A stretch of 62,746 nucleotides of DNA, counting the filler, from Nemertoderma westbladi (taxonomy: Eukaryota; Animalia; Xenacoelomorpha), in assembly GCA_032718475.1 (NCBI GenBank). It is 3 parts of 3 records of this genome, joined end to end, with 100 filler letters (N's around TTAATTAATTAA, not from the genome) between each part and the next. Parts side by side here need not be neighbours in the genome. Positions count along the whole stretch, not along the records: positions 19,230 to 45,418 come from JAUCBJ010002786.1; 2 more parts are not named here. The stretch is one strand, 5' to 3'. Shown here in pieces: positions 25,980 through 37,265 of the stretch (position 1 is its first letter; every line of letters starts with the position of its first letter). The notes under the pieces were generated by a model. The model made no database searches and was not told where the DNA came from. It saw only the letters and a list, made by a program, of their open reading frames with translations. The position numbers were made by a program, and so were the translations under genes.

Positions 25980-27504
25980 AAGTTAGTGATGGCGTTACAC
26001 GTGACGCGAAGGACTTAGAGATTAAGTTTGTGATGGCGTTACACGTGAAGGACTTAGAGATTAAGTTAGTGATGGCGTTACACGTGAAGGACTTAGAGAT
26101 TAAGTTAGTGATGGGATTGCGTTACACGTGAAGGACTTGGAGATTAAGTTAGTGATGGCATGGCGTTACCCGTGAAGGACTTAGATATTAAGTTAGTGAT
26201 GGCGTTACACGTGAAGGACTTAGAGATTAAGTTAGTGATGGCGTTACACGTGAAGGACTTAGAGATTAAGTTAGTGATGGCGTTACACGTGAAGGACTTA
26301 GAGATTAAGTTAGTGATGGCGTTACACGTGAAGGACTTACAGATTAAGTTAGTGATGGGATGGCGTTACCCGTGAAGGACTTAGATATTAAGTTAGTGGT
26401 GGCGTTACACGTGAAGGACTTAGAGATTAAGTTAGTGATGGCGTTACACGTGAAGGGCTTAGAGATTAAGTTAGTGATGGCGTTACACGTGAATGACTTA
26501 GAGATAAGTTAATGATAGCGTTACATGTGAAGGACTTAGAGATTAAGTTAGTGATGGCGTTACACGTGAATGACTTAGAGATAAGTTAGTGATAGCGTTA
26601 CATGTGAAGGACTTAGAGATAAGTTAGTGATGGCGTTACACGTGAATGACTTAGAGATAAGTTAGTGATAGCGTTACATGTGAAGGACTTATAGATTAAG
26701 TTAGTGATGGCGTTACACGTGAAGGACTTAGAGATAAGTTAGTGATGGCGTTACACGTGAATGACTTAGAGATAAGTTAGTGATAGCGTTACATGTGAAG
26801 GACTTAGAGATTAAGTTAGTGATGGCGTTACACGTGAATGACTTAGAGATAAGTTAGTGATAGCGTTACATGTGAAGGACTTAGAGATAAGTTAGTGATG
26901 GCGTTACACGTGAAGGACTTAGAGATAAGTTAGTGATGGCGTTACACGTGAATGACTTAGAGATAAGTTAGTGATAGCGTTACATGTGAAGGACTTAGAG
27001 ATTAAGTTAGTGATGGCGTTACACGTGAATGACTTAGAGATAAGTTAGTGATAGCGTTACATGTGAATGACTTAGAGATAAGTTAGTGATAGCGTTACAT
27101 GTGAAGGACTTAGAGATTAAGTTAGTGATGGCGTTACACGTGAAGGACTTAGAGATAAGTTAGTGATGGCGTTACACGTGAATGACTTAGAGATAAGTTA
27201 GTGATAGCGTTACATGTGAAGGACTTAGAGATTAAGTTAGTGATGGCGTTACACGTGAATGACTTAGAGATAAGTTAGTGATAGCGTTACATGTGAAGGA
27301 CTTAGAGATAAGTTAGTGATGGCGTTACACGTGAATGACTTAGAGATAAGTTAGTGATAGCGTTACATGTGAAGGACTTAGAGATAAGTTAGTGATGGCG
27401 TTACACGTGAATGACTTAGAGATAAGTTAGTGATAGCGTTACATGTGAAGGACTTAGAGATAAGTTAGTGATGGCGTTACACGTGAAGGACTCAGAGATT
27501 AAGT
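25980..27504 (+). repeat. 39/38-bp minisatellite, left arm
   Basis: Unit ATGGCGTTACACGTGAAGGACTTAGAGATTAAGTTAGTG. 38-bp variants (GAGATAAG) dominate from about 26490. Confidence 0.97.
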
Positions 27505-27645
27505 TGATAATCTGGTTCTGTTTATTTACTATTTCTGATTACAGATAATAATTATTATAGCACTTTCTCATCGGTACCGATAACACAGTAATTACTAATT
27601 CAAATCTCCCGCTCATATCAAATGTACTATTAACCAACTATAACA
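27505..27645 (-). repeat. 3' LTR (141 bp)
   Basis: TGATAATCTGG...ACTATAACA, adjacent to the PPT. Confidence 0.95.
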
Positions 27646-27998
27646 AGCTCCCCCTATTTTCTAAATAATTATAAAAACAAAAAATAATAAGTTCCTTACA
27701 TCCACAAATCAATCTAAAATTTAAACATACCAAATTATTTAACTAGAATAATATTCCGAAATAATTGCACAAGCCGAAATAATTACACAAGCTTCGACCC
27801 TTATCAAAAAAAAATAATAATAATAATTGAACCACTTCTTGAATCAAATAGAGAAATCCACTCTGACAATTTTGTCCTATAAATTAATTGAGTATCAACC
27901 ACCACCTGAAAAATATACATAATTACACTCAAAAATTAAAATATTATTCAAAAGTCCTTGTTATTGTTATTGTCACCGCCTAAATGTCAACTTTCGGT

Positions 27999-30900
27999 TT
28001 AGAAAAAATTTAATTGATTGTTATTGAACCTGGCCGACTTTCGGAGGGCGTATTTTAGATTACCAGTATTTGCACCTTGTTTAGTCAGACAATTTGCAAG
28101 TTGATGGCGTTCTGGAACCCACTTTACGTCCTTAATCTCACCTCTCTGGATCATCTCTCGTAATATAGCAATATCAATCCGTAATCTTTTGTCCGTTACA
28201 GACGTCAATGAGTGTACAGCTTCACATAATGACGAATTGTCAGTTATTGCTGTAATTGGAATTTGTTTCATTGAAATGTTCAGCAATTCCATCAGAAATC
28301 TAGCATGAAGATATGCACATTCAACAGCTTCTACCAATTCGACAGTTTCGGCGGCTAAAGAACTCTTAACAACACGTTTAATCCGCTTACTATGCCAAGA
28401 GATCAGTGATGCTTTTCCGTTTTTTCCAAGAAGAAACACCAAATAACCTCCTTGCGATCCACCATCCGGTAAATTCCCAAGACTTGCATCGCTAAAACAC
28501 AAAATTTCCATACCACTTAAATTTCCTACACTATGAAGGTGTATTGCCACATTTTCGGATTTCATCTTTTTTACCGTTTTAATGACCTTCAGAAGATTTC
28601 CAACATTTGATTCGCCCACAGAGCATGCTAATTGGCATGACTCGAAGCAAACATCAACCCGACACTGAGTCGTCGCCCAATTAAGTTGACCTAACAATGA
28701 ACGATACAGTTTATATTCATCACCACTCAACATTGCAACTTTGTTCAATGTCCGATTTTGAGGAGTGATTATATCCGGTATTTGTTGTACATATTTTTGT
28801 AGATCTATTGTAATGCAAGATCTATCTTGATTCAAATTTAAACCGAGATATTTCATAGAAACACTAGACTCGTGACTGAAAAGAAACACTTGTCTCAATG
28901 ACGATATAATGTCATTATCAAAACTTTGATCTCCAGCCCATAAGAAATCGTCCACATGAATAACGATAATTCCGTGAAGAACACAATCTTTTTGATAATA
29001 GAAAACAGCAGGATCAAACTGTGATGTACAAACTTTTAGTTTTTCAAGCTCAGAGACAACTCGCAGATACCATTTACGCCCAGACTCATTTAGTCCATAA
29101 ACACAATGATTTAAACGCCACAATTGATCTGATTTAGCCTCTTTTGGTGGCTTTAAAAAAACTTCACGATCCATTGGCATACCTTGTAAATATGCACTTT
29201 TAATATCAAGTACATTTAATTTCCAATGTAAAGATGATATTATTACTAAACAAATACGCAGAGATTCCTTGTAGCATGTGGGAGATTCTGTTTTCGGATT
29301 ACCAATGTCCTCAAAACCTCTAGCAACTAGTCGAGCCTTTAATGTAAACTTATCACCAATAAGTTTTTCTGTTAAAACCCACTTAGTAGATATCGAATAT
29401 TGACCATTATCTGGAACTTCCACATAAGTGTTCATCTCTTGCCATTTTCTTAGTTCATCCTGTTTGGGTTTATCGAACCGTTCATTATCATCACATAAAC
29501 GATGTTCTTCTGAGTAATATGTAGTCCCACTCACAAACTCAGCCGAACTCTCCCCACGTATATCTTCAAACCTTTCTGTTGCAGGTGACTCTGAATGTTC
29601 ACTCTCTACTGCACCATTATCAACATTCCAATCTTTTATTTCATCTCGGAAACTTTTGCTACACTGTGTACCATCATTGTTCTGTATATTCATGAAATGC
29701 CAATATTTACCTGATGCTTTACCTGCTCTTCCGAGCACAGTTGCATTTTTCCACTCATTTGAACTATTGTCAAAATATTTAATTACATCATTCCGTTTCG
29801 GCAAGATCGTCTGCATTTTCACTACTGGATTTTTATTTGAAGAATTACTAACATCTTCAATTGCATCTTCGATAACAACCTGATGTTGAGACCTTCCTGT
29901 ATCACTATCATCACTTGATGAGTCATCATTATTTTGTTCCGACTGCGCTTCTACTGAGTCCGGTTTTCGAGAGACGTTTTTGCTAGTTTCCGTTATTTGT
30001 TGTTTCTCTTCTGTTAATATCAATCGACACGGGTGAACTCTAATGTAATATCCACCATGCTTAACCAAAACAAGCTTATCATCTGTACCAAGCACCCTCG
30101 CAGGACCCTTCCAGGACGTGGAATTTATCCTTTTATAATAAACTTCATCACCAGCTGTGAAAGTATAATCACTGTATGACCTAGTTCTTCTATTTAAAGC
30201 ACGTCTCAATTTCTCACAGCTTTCTTGATGTATAAAACTTTCTCTCGCTAAATGCAACGCGGTCAGGTTGTTTCTCACTACATCACTAATTACAGTTTCA
30301 TTATTAGCTGGCAACCTGTTGTCAGAACTAGATGGAAAGCTAGGGTTTCTTCCAAACACTAGTATATTTGGTGTGAAACCATAAACATTGATGAGTGAGT
30401 TCTTTGCAGCAATTGCCCATTGAATAGCAATGTTTAAGTCAAGAGAAGCTTGAAATAGTACTTTTTCAACACATGATGCCAATATACCATTGTGTCTTTC
30501 GACCAAACCATTTGACCAAGGGCTCTCTGCTGCTGTAGACTTTACTCGTATATTGAACTGTTCACAAAATTCTCTAAATTCTTCATTGTTGAATTCTCCA
30601 CCATTATCAGAGAGAAACTTAGCAGGAGAACCGAAAATTCGAATCCAATATTCAAATAGTTTCTTGACGATCGTCTCTTTCCTTTTGTTGTCAATTGCTA
30701 CAGCTTGAGCATATCTGGTGACATGATCAATCATATGCAAAATATGAATTCCCGGTCTGATCTCTTTCAGGTCCATCGCAACTGTCTCGTTAAAAGTTGT
30801 TGCTAATGGAAATCCAACAATGGGTTTTAAAGGAGGTTTCTTGAATCGTGTACATACCTCACATTTACCAGAAATGTCTTCGACAATTTTCCTAACTTTA

Positions 30901-32546
30901 ATAGAATAATCTTCATCTTCCTGTGCAGCATCAACTATCAATTTATGCAACCTCTGAGATGGTGGGTGAGCAAATTGTTTATGTAATTTCATGATGCTTC
31001 GTCTCAATTCATTTTCATCAGATAACTTTGCTAATGGTGATGTAAATAATATTTGTTTAACATTTTCTATCATCACATTAGTGGGACGAATGAGAGGAAG
31101 ACAATAATGTCCTGTAGACGATATAACAAGTTGAAATTTTTCGCCAATCAGTTCAAGCATATCATTGTTAAAATCTATCTTACCATTTCCTTTCTTCATA
31201 GCTGCTCGTGATAACAATAATGGAATATCGCAATCAACAATATTAACAGATAAATATAAGCGTTTATTACCAAGATGTATTGGTAATATTGCTTTCTTGC
31301 TGGACAAATGCCGATTTCCATCACCAAAACGAAACCAAACATTACTCTTTTCCCAGTAAATATCTCTTTGATCACTACAACTCAGGGAATCAATGTAACA
31401 ATCCAACCAAACCTTCCCAGCAACAGTAGTGACACAACCGGTGTCAAGAACAGCATAATTTAATGTTTCTGACAATAACTGATCTTCTGTGACAATATCA
31501 CCATCCGTATAAAGAGTTATATTAACATCTTCCGTTTCTGTATAAAGCTGTACATTATCAGCAGCTTGTTTATATTGACAATTAGATTCATAATGATATA
31601 TCGACAAACAAACTCCGCACTGTGTCGGTCGTCCATATTGATCAGGTGGATTCAATCGCGATGTAGCGCCGGTTCCCCCCGGTTGACCTCGAGAGTAACG
31701 AGACCGGGTTTGATTCATCTGGTTGAAATTACCACCTCTCCCACCTTGTCTTGAACTCCCTCCATAATTCCGAAATCCTTGGCGTCCAGTTCCAAAATTT
31801 CCTCGGTTACGATTAAATCGACCAGGTCGAAATCCTCCTCGACTGAAATAACCATAGTAACATTCATTATCTTCCGGATATCCATCATTGTACTCATCCT
31901 CGTACTCCCAGCCATCCTGCTCTGTTGTCGCTTCCAGTATGGGTTCGGCTTTAATCTTTATCTCGGTTTCTTTAGAACTCGACATTTGTAATATACTGGA
32001 TGAAACATCGGCAAAAATACGTAAAATTTGACCTTTCATATTTTCATAAGTTAAATCAATCACAGTAGCCAATGCTAGTGATGTTTTTGACTCGTCCAGA
32101 TTAGCACATTTCAACAATTGGTAAGCAAGAACACCATCTGGTAAACGCATATCATAAGCAGAACATTTATGTACATTTCTCTCAAAGATAACGATAAACT
32201 CTGTAATCCCGCATTCTTTTATTCTTTTATAAGTACAAAAAACGTCATATGCATGAAAAGCGCGAATAGCTTTGTCTTTCAAATAAAGAGTATTGAGTTT
32301 TGCAATTACTTTCTCGACACCGTCATTTTGCTTTAAATCCGCGCGATTTATCTCGAGCACCGCCTCTCTTGCTTTTCCTTGTAGGCTCAGAAACAACGTC
32401 GGACCTTGGCGAGATTGCGGCAAATCCGTCGCATCCTGCCAAATCTCAACCTCCCGTACCCAATTTTCATAAGATATATCTTCACGTAACGCCGGTGGGT
32501 TTTTTACATTTACCGCTTTATTACCGGTATTCCACGCACTTTCCAT
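27999..32546 (-). CDS. Copia Gag-Pol polyprotein (Gag, protease, integrase, RT, RNase H), 1515 aa
   Basis: Zinc knuckle CGVCLSIYHYESNC, protease LDTGC, integrase H..H/C..C, MDL, SDNGGEF and VERHN, RT KARLVARGF, LDIKSAYLQG and HVDD, RNase H FSDAS, TDNSS, KRLRID and QLANCLTK. Integrase precedes RT, as in Copia. Confidence 0.97.
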   Translation of the reverse strand: MESAWNTGNKAVNVKNPPALREDISYENWVREVEIWQDATDLPQSRQGPTLFLSLQGKAREAVLEINRADLKQNDGVEKVIAKLNTLYLKDKAIRAFHAYDVFCTYKRIKECGITEFIVIFERNVHKCSAYDMRLPDGVLAYQLLKCANLDESKTSLALATVIDLTYENMKGQILRIFADVSSSILQMSSSKETEIKIKAEPILEATTEQDGWEYEDEYNDGYPEDNECYYGYFSRGGFRPGRFNRNRGNFGTGRQGFRNYGGSSRQGGRGGNFNQMNQTRSRYSRGQPGGTGATSRLNPPDQYGRPTQCGVCLSIYHYESNCQYKQAADNVQLYTETEDVNITLYTDGDIVTEDQLLSETLNYAVLDTGCVTTVAGKVWLDCYIDSLSCSDQRDIYWEKSNVWFRFGDGNRHLSSKKAILPIHLGNKRLYLSVNIVDCDIPLLLSRAAMKKGNGKIDFNNDMLELIGEKFQLVISSTGHYCLPLIRPTNVMIENVKQILFTSPLAKLSDENELRRSIMKLHKQFAHPPSQRLHKLIVDAAQEDEDYSIKVRKIVEDISGKCEVCTRFKKPPLKPIVGFPLATTFNETVAMDLKEIRPGIHILHMIDHVTRYAQAVAIDNKRKETIVKKLFEYWIRIFGSPAKFLSDNGGEFNNEEFREFCEQFNIRVKSTAAESPWSNGLVERHNGILASCVEKVLFQASLDLNIAIQWAIAAKNSLINVYGFTPNILVFGRNPSFPSSSDNRLPANNETVISDVVRNNLTALHLARESFIHQESCEKLRRALNRRTRSYSDYTFTAGDEVYYKRINSTSWKGPARVLGTDDKLVLVKHGGYYIRVHPCRLILTEEKQQITETSKNVSRKPDSVEAQSEQNNDDSSSDDSDTGRSQHQVVIEDAIEDVSNSSNKNPVVKMQTILPKRNDVIKYFDNSSNEWKNATVLGRAGKASGKYWHFMNIQNNDGTQCSKSFRDEIKDWNVDNGAVESEHSESPATERFEDIRGESSAEFVSGTTYYSEEHRLCDDNERFDKPKQDELRKWQEMNTYVEVPDNGQYSISTKWVLTEKLIGDKFTLKARLVARGFEDIGNPKTESPTCYKESLRICLVIISSLHWKLNVLDIKSAYLQGMPMDREVFLKPPKEAKSDQLWRLNHCVYGLNESGRKWYLRVVSELEKLKVCTSQFDPAVFYYQKDCVLHGIIVIHVDDFLWAGDQSFDNDIISSLRQVFLFSHESSVSMKYLGLNLNQDRSCITIDLQKYVQQIPDIITPQNRTLNKVAMLSGDEYKLYRSLLGQLNWATTQCRVDVCFESCQLACSVGESNVGNLLKVIKTVKKMKSENVAIHLHSVGNLSGMEILCFSDASLGNLPDGGSQGGYLVFLLGKNGKASLISWHSKRIKRVVKSSLAAETVELVEAVECAYLHARFLMELLNISMKQIPITAITDNSSLCEAVHSLTSVTDKRLRIDIAILREMIQRGEIKDVKWVPERHQLANCLTKQGANTGNLKYALRKSARFNNNQLNFF

Positions 32547-32640
32547 TATTATGTAGAACTAATATAGAACAAATAAAAATTATCAGGTGAGTTATTATAG
32601 CCCAGACACTGGTTCTAAATACCCCCTATATTAGGCAGGC

Positions 32641-32658
32641 AACCACGCTCTGCTACCA
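32641..32658 (-). promoter_or_regulatory. Primer-binding site complementary to the initiator tRNA-Met 3' end
   Basis: Minus strand TGGTAGCAGAGCGTGGTT immediately inside the 5' LTR. Confidence 0.9.
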
Positions 32659-32799
32659 TGATAATCTGGTTCTGTTTATTTACTATTTCTGATTACAGAT
32701 AATAATTATTATAGCACTTTCTCATCGGTACCGATAACACAGTAATTACTAATTCAAATCTCCCGCTCATATCAAATGTACTATTAACCAACTATAACA
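32659..32799 (-). repeat. 5' LTR (141 bp)
   Basis: Matches 27505-27645. Confidence 0.95.
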
Positions 32800-33611
32800 A
32801 AGTTAGTGATGGCGTTACACGTGAAGGACTTAGAGATTAAGTTAGTGATGGCGTTACACGTGAAGGACTTAGAGATTAAGTTAGTGATGGTGTTACACGT
32901 GAAGGACTTAGAGGTTAAGTTAGTGATGGGATGGCGTTACTCGTGAAGGACTTAGAGATTAAGTTAGTGATGGCGTTACACGTGAAGGATTTAGAGATTA
33001 AGTTAGTGATGGCGTTACATGTGAAGGACTTAGAGATTAAGTTAGTAATGGCATTACACGTGAAGGACTTAGATATTAAGTTAGTGATGGATGGCGTTAC
33101 ACGTGAAAGGACTTAGAAATTAAGTTAGTGATGGTGTTACACGTAAAGGACTTAGAGATTAAGTTAGTGATGGCGTTACAGGTGATGGACTTAGAGATTA
33201 AGTTAGTGATGGCGTTACACGTAAAGGACTTAGAGATTAAGTTAGTAATGGCATTACACGTGAAGGACTTAGATATTAAGTTAGTGATGGATGGCGTTAC
33301 ACGTGAAGGACTTAGAGATTAAGTTAGTGATGGCGTTACACGTAAAGGACTTAGAGATTAAGTTAGTGATGGCGTTACAGGTGATGGACTTAGAGATTAA
33401 GTTAGTGATGGCGTTACACGTAAATGACTTAGAGATTAAGTTAGTGATGGCGTTACAGGTGATGGACTTAGAGATTAAGTTAGTGATGGCGTTACACGTG
33501 AAGGACTTAGAGATTAAGTTAGTGATGGCGTTACACGTGAAGGACTTAGAGATTAAGTTAGTGATGGGATGGCGTTACCCGTGAAGGACTTAGAGATTAC
33601 GTTAGTGATGG
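32800..33611 (+). repeat. 39-bp minisatellite, right arm
   Basis: The same unit resumes in phase after the AAGT TSD. Confidence 0.97.
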
Positions 33612-34209
33612 TTTTAAAGATTCCGTTAACTATTTTGTACAATTATTGTTACAATAATATGTATATTCATATTGTATGTAAACAATAATACAAACGAAAT
33701 AATTTGCTGATTTGAAAAATATTATTTTCAGCCATTGGGTCGATAAATAAATCCGTAAAAAATATTACGGTTAATAAAGAAAGTGACATTACATGACATT
33801 AAAGTGACTGTTGAATTTCTGGTATATATTTTAAATGTCAAATCCTGGATAATGATTGGCTAACAAGTAGCGTTACATTCGAGACAACAAGTTAGATTGT
33901 GGGCCTTCTGTGAAATGAAGGCTTCTGATTGGTTAACAAGTAGCGTTACACCAGGGACAAAATGTTACATTGTGGACATTAGTTTTTCACGAATAAAACC
34001 TTACGACTTTACTAAAAAAACGGGCCACAAGTGTATTCGAAATCGCCCCATCGAGAGCTCTCGAAATATAAATATAAATACAAAAAAAATTTGACTTTTC
34101 TCATTTGACATTTTTTCTCAAAATCTTGACCACTTTTTGTGAGAACAACCCGATGAACCCTTTCGTCAATGTTGTATGCAACACAATGATTCTAACTTCT
34201 AATATAAGT

Positions 34210-34705
34210 CAGCGGTTGCCACTCACTTGGAAAACCTGGAATATTCATGGAAGTTAATTTTTTCTTGAAATGTCTGGGAAATGTCCAAAAAATGGACAAA
34301 TCAGGGAAAGTCAGGAGGGAATTTGATACATACAGGACATGTGGACATACAGGACATGTGGACATACAGGACATGTGGACATACAGGACATACAGGACAT
34401 GTGGACATACAGGACATGTGGACTTACAGGACATACAGGACATGTGGACATACAGGGCATACAGGACATGTGGACATACAGGACATACAGGACATGTGTC
34501 ATAAGCGAACTTGTGTAAAATTGTCTCTGCTCGCTACGTTCACCATTCCATTTCCCCACATCACTAAATATAAATGTGCAGCACTCTAATCGCCTAACTC
34601 GTAACTTTTTGTTTGTTTTGAATATAATAAAGCGACCAATATACTATATTCTATTAAAGGTAGTGTACCTGCAGGCAGGGAAACTGAAATAGAGTGGCAA
34701 CCCTG
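34210..34705. mobile_element. Degenerate hAT-like MITE
   Basis: CAGCGGTTGCCACTC ... GAGTGGCAACCCTG inverted termini. No convincing TSD. Confidence 0.45.
34327..34498 (+). repeat. Short tandem repeat of TACAGGACA and TGTGGACA modules
   Basis: Directly visible 9- and 8-bp modules, mostly as 17-bp pairs. Confidence 0.9.
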
Positions 34706-34851
34706 ATGGTTAGAGATCCTCGACAAAGTTGCTGTGACACCCGCTATGGGGTCTTGCATTAGCCCCGGGGGCATACTTGTGGCGGTATTACACCACAATG
34801 CAGCCGCATCATCGTGCATATTATTTCTATGACGTCACTATTGCTTTGCAG

Positions 34852-35874
34852 GTGATCCAGCAAGCCGGTATGGTTTGGTTCCCAGATAGCGCGTATAAGA
34901 CGGCCCAGGCTATCGAAGACCTCGGCCGTGAGGGTCTACCGCTCATAGTGTTCGCCAACTGGCGCGGTTTCTCTGGCGGGATGCGGGACATGTTCGACCA
35001 GGTGCTCAAGTTCGGGGCCTACATAGTGGACGCGTTGAGGGACTTTACCGCCCCGATTATCGTCTATATTCCACCCAATGGGGAGTTGCGTGGCGGCGCG
35101 TGGGTCGTGGTAGACCCAACTATAAACCCCCGCTACATGGAACTATACGCGGACGCGGAATCCCGAGGCGGTATTCTAGAACCGCAGGGGTTAGTGGAGA
35201 TTAAGTACCGACGGAAGGATATACTGAGGACGATGCGTCGTCTCGATCCGGAGTATCGCTCGCTGTGCTCCCAGCTGTCTGCCGCCGCGGCTAATAAACG
35301 CGCCGAGGTAGAAGCAGCGATGCGGCGTAGAGAAGTGCGAATATACGGCGTCTACCACAACATCGCCATCAACTTTGTGGAACTGCATGACACGCCGCAA
35401 CGGATGCTGGATAAACGGGCGATCCACGGGATTGTGAACTGGAGCGAGGCTCGGCCGTTCCTCTACTGGAGGGTGCGTCGTCTGTTGCTAAGGGACCGAG
35501 TGTGGCGCAAGTTGGAGCCTCCGGGGGGTCGCGAGGCCTTGACGGTATCCCAGGTAACCGGGATGTTACAGCGATGGTTCGTGGAGTCGGAAGGCACTGT
35601 GGCGACTCATCTGTGGGAGAACAATGAGACGGTGGTCCGTTGGTACGAGTCGCAGCTGGAGGATGAGTCATCTCTTCTCAATCGTTACATCGACGGCATG
35701 CGAAGGGATTCGATCCGCAGACGTATGGAACAACTTGTGTTGGAATACCCCGAGCTCGCCGTAGAAACATTATCGGATTACGCACCCCAATTGGGTCCCC
35801 AATTACACGCCGTTCTCACAAATTACGCCAAAGATGCCAATAATCTTGACCCTTCCAATTTACCAACTGATTAA
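34852..35874 (+). CDS. ACC: Acetyl-CoA carboxylase, terminal exon (carboxyltransferase C-lobe)
   Basis: Acceptor TTTGCAG|GTG continues [25 protein letters not shown]. Contains [26 protein letters not shown] and [12 protein letters not shown] stop. Confidence 0.95.
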   Translation: MIQQAGMVWFPDSAYKTAQAIEDLGREGLPLIVFANWRGFSGGMRDMFDQVLKFGAYIVDALRDFTAPIIVYIPPNGELRGGAWVVVDPTINPRYMELYADAESRGGILEPQGLVEIKYRRKDILRTMRRLDPEYRSLCSQLSAAAANKRAEVEAAMRRREVRIYGVYHNIAINFVELHDTPQRMLDKRAIHGIVNWSEARPFLYWRVRRLLLRDRVWRKLEPPGGREALTVSQVTGMLQRWFVESEGTVATHLWENNETVVRWYESQLEDESSLLNRYIDGMRRDSIRRRMEQLVLEYPELAVETLSDYAPQLGPQLHAVLTNYAKDANNLDPSNLPTD

Positions 35875-36669
35875 CAATTTTACCATATTAGGTTGTAACT
35901 CTGTGCACCTTTTGTGATTGTATTTGTTGTGTTTGGTGCATATTATATTCCGTAGATTTCAACTTCTCTCCCTATACTGTGTGCTGTTGAAGGTGTTGGT
36001 TCTTTTTGCTATGCAGATATACTTTTTTAATAATTCACAATCAGTAGTTTAATTATTATTCAGTTAATTGGTATATTATTATTATTATAATTACACAATG
36101 ACATTCTAATACCTTTAATAATTTAAATGAGACGGCCACCCTGGTATCGGTAAAACCACCCTAAATAATGCGGAACATGAGAACCATGCAGCATGTGCAG
36201 CTGTGCAGCGTTTAATTATAAATATGTTGGCAAAATTTATAAATATAAATCACAATTTCTAATTAAATTAGTTTATAAATAACTAAAACTAAAAATTGGA
36301 AATAGTAAATTTAAAAATATAAATTTTACCTTCAAGTTGGGTGACTTTGATAAATGGACACCATTGAATGAGTTTTGTTGTCTTAAAATAAAAATCAATT
36401 CTTCGTTATGTGGAGGCGGAATTTTTTAACTAATTTGCAAACCTGTAATTTCTGAATGAAGTCATTTCCGCTATTCCCAGTAGTATTTCGCTGCTCCCCA
36501 CCCCACAAACTGTAAACATTTCAATTACTTGTTAATTAAATTACTTTTTCTCACTCTAGCACTAACTCCTGAGAAAGCCTCCTTTTTGGTGATTAAATCC
36601 TCAAAAGACTGAGAATATTGAGATTTTGCAATTTGGTAAAATAAATGCCAATTATATTGTATTAATTAT

Positions 36670-36940
36670 ATTATTTATTATTAGAAGACCGTTAAGGGTT
36701 ATTACTGTCAAAAAAGTATGTTTGTTTGTTTGTTTGTCTGTCTGTATGTGCACATTGATATTGGCGTGGAAGGCAACGTGTTCTACTTGTTGGTCAACTA
36801 TAGAAGGAAATGTTTCGATTATTTGGGTTCTTATTCCGGTTATTAATTATTTCAGCGGGTAAAATTAATTTCGCGCTGAATAATAATAGCAGGTGGATTC
36901 GCCGTGTCACATTCTGTCATAAAGTTTTTATTTTATTATT
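36670..36940 (+). mobile_element. Helitron/Helentron-related fragment
   Basis: (GTTT)n(GTCT)n microsatellite. 36813-36940 resembles 210-336 of the contig-1 Helitron (GATTCGCCGTGTC.CATTCT..AAAGTTTTTATTTTATT). Confidence 0.55.
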
Positions 36941-37265
36941 ATATAGAAGTTACACTGGATTGTTTGTTTGGCCGTATCCTATCGCACTAACTGGTGGAAG
37001 ATATTAACGCTCAAATAATGCGACAGACGGACGGATTTAAAACATAAAACTCATCGCAAAACTTATAATATTGACCATTTATTAAAAAATAAAAACAACT
37101 AGTTATAATACATTACGATATAACACAGTTTAATAAATACTTCTGCACCACAAAATTGACCTGAATACTATTTGAAAATAAATATTATTCGATATGAAAA
37201 AGCCTTGGAAAGGTCACTTTTGTAACTAAATAGTTTAATTCACTCGTAGAAAACAATTACTAAAC

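Larger units (their letters stand above)
27505..32799 (-). mobile_element. Full-length Ty1/Copia LTR retrotransposon, GalEa-type
   Basis: Two apparently identical 141-bp TG...CA LTRs, 4-bp TSD AAGT, PBS TGGTAGCAGAGCGTGGTT (initiator tRNA-Met) abutting the 5' LTR, PPT ATAGGGGGAG and a single ORF. Confidence 0.95.
24918..34151. mobile_element. Non-autonomous TIR DNA transposon, Sola2-like, in the ACC intron
   Basis: 26-bp TIRs GGGTCGTTCTCACAAAAAGTGGCCAA / TTGACCACTTTTTGTGAGAACAACCC and a 4-bp TSD GATG (24914-24917, 34152-34155). GRG termini with a 4-bp TSD fit Sola2. Confidence 0.75.

Noticed and set aside
25919-33584. MALHVKDLEIKLV repeat ORFs
   Set aside because: By-product of a 39-bp unit; frames are broken by 38-bp variants.
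19301-35874. Three separate carboxylase genes as in the ORF track
   Set aside because: GT-AG junctions join them in frame into one ACC; the listed ORF starts are not true initiation codons.
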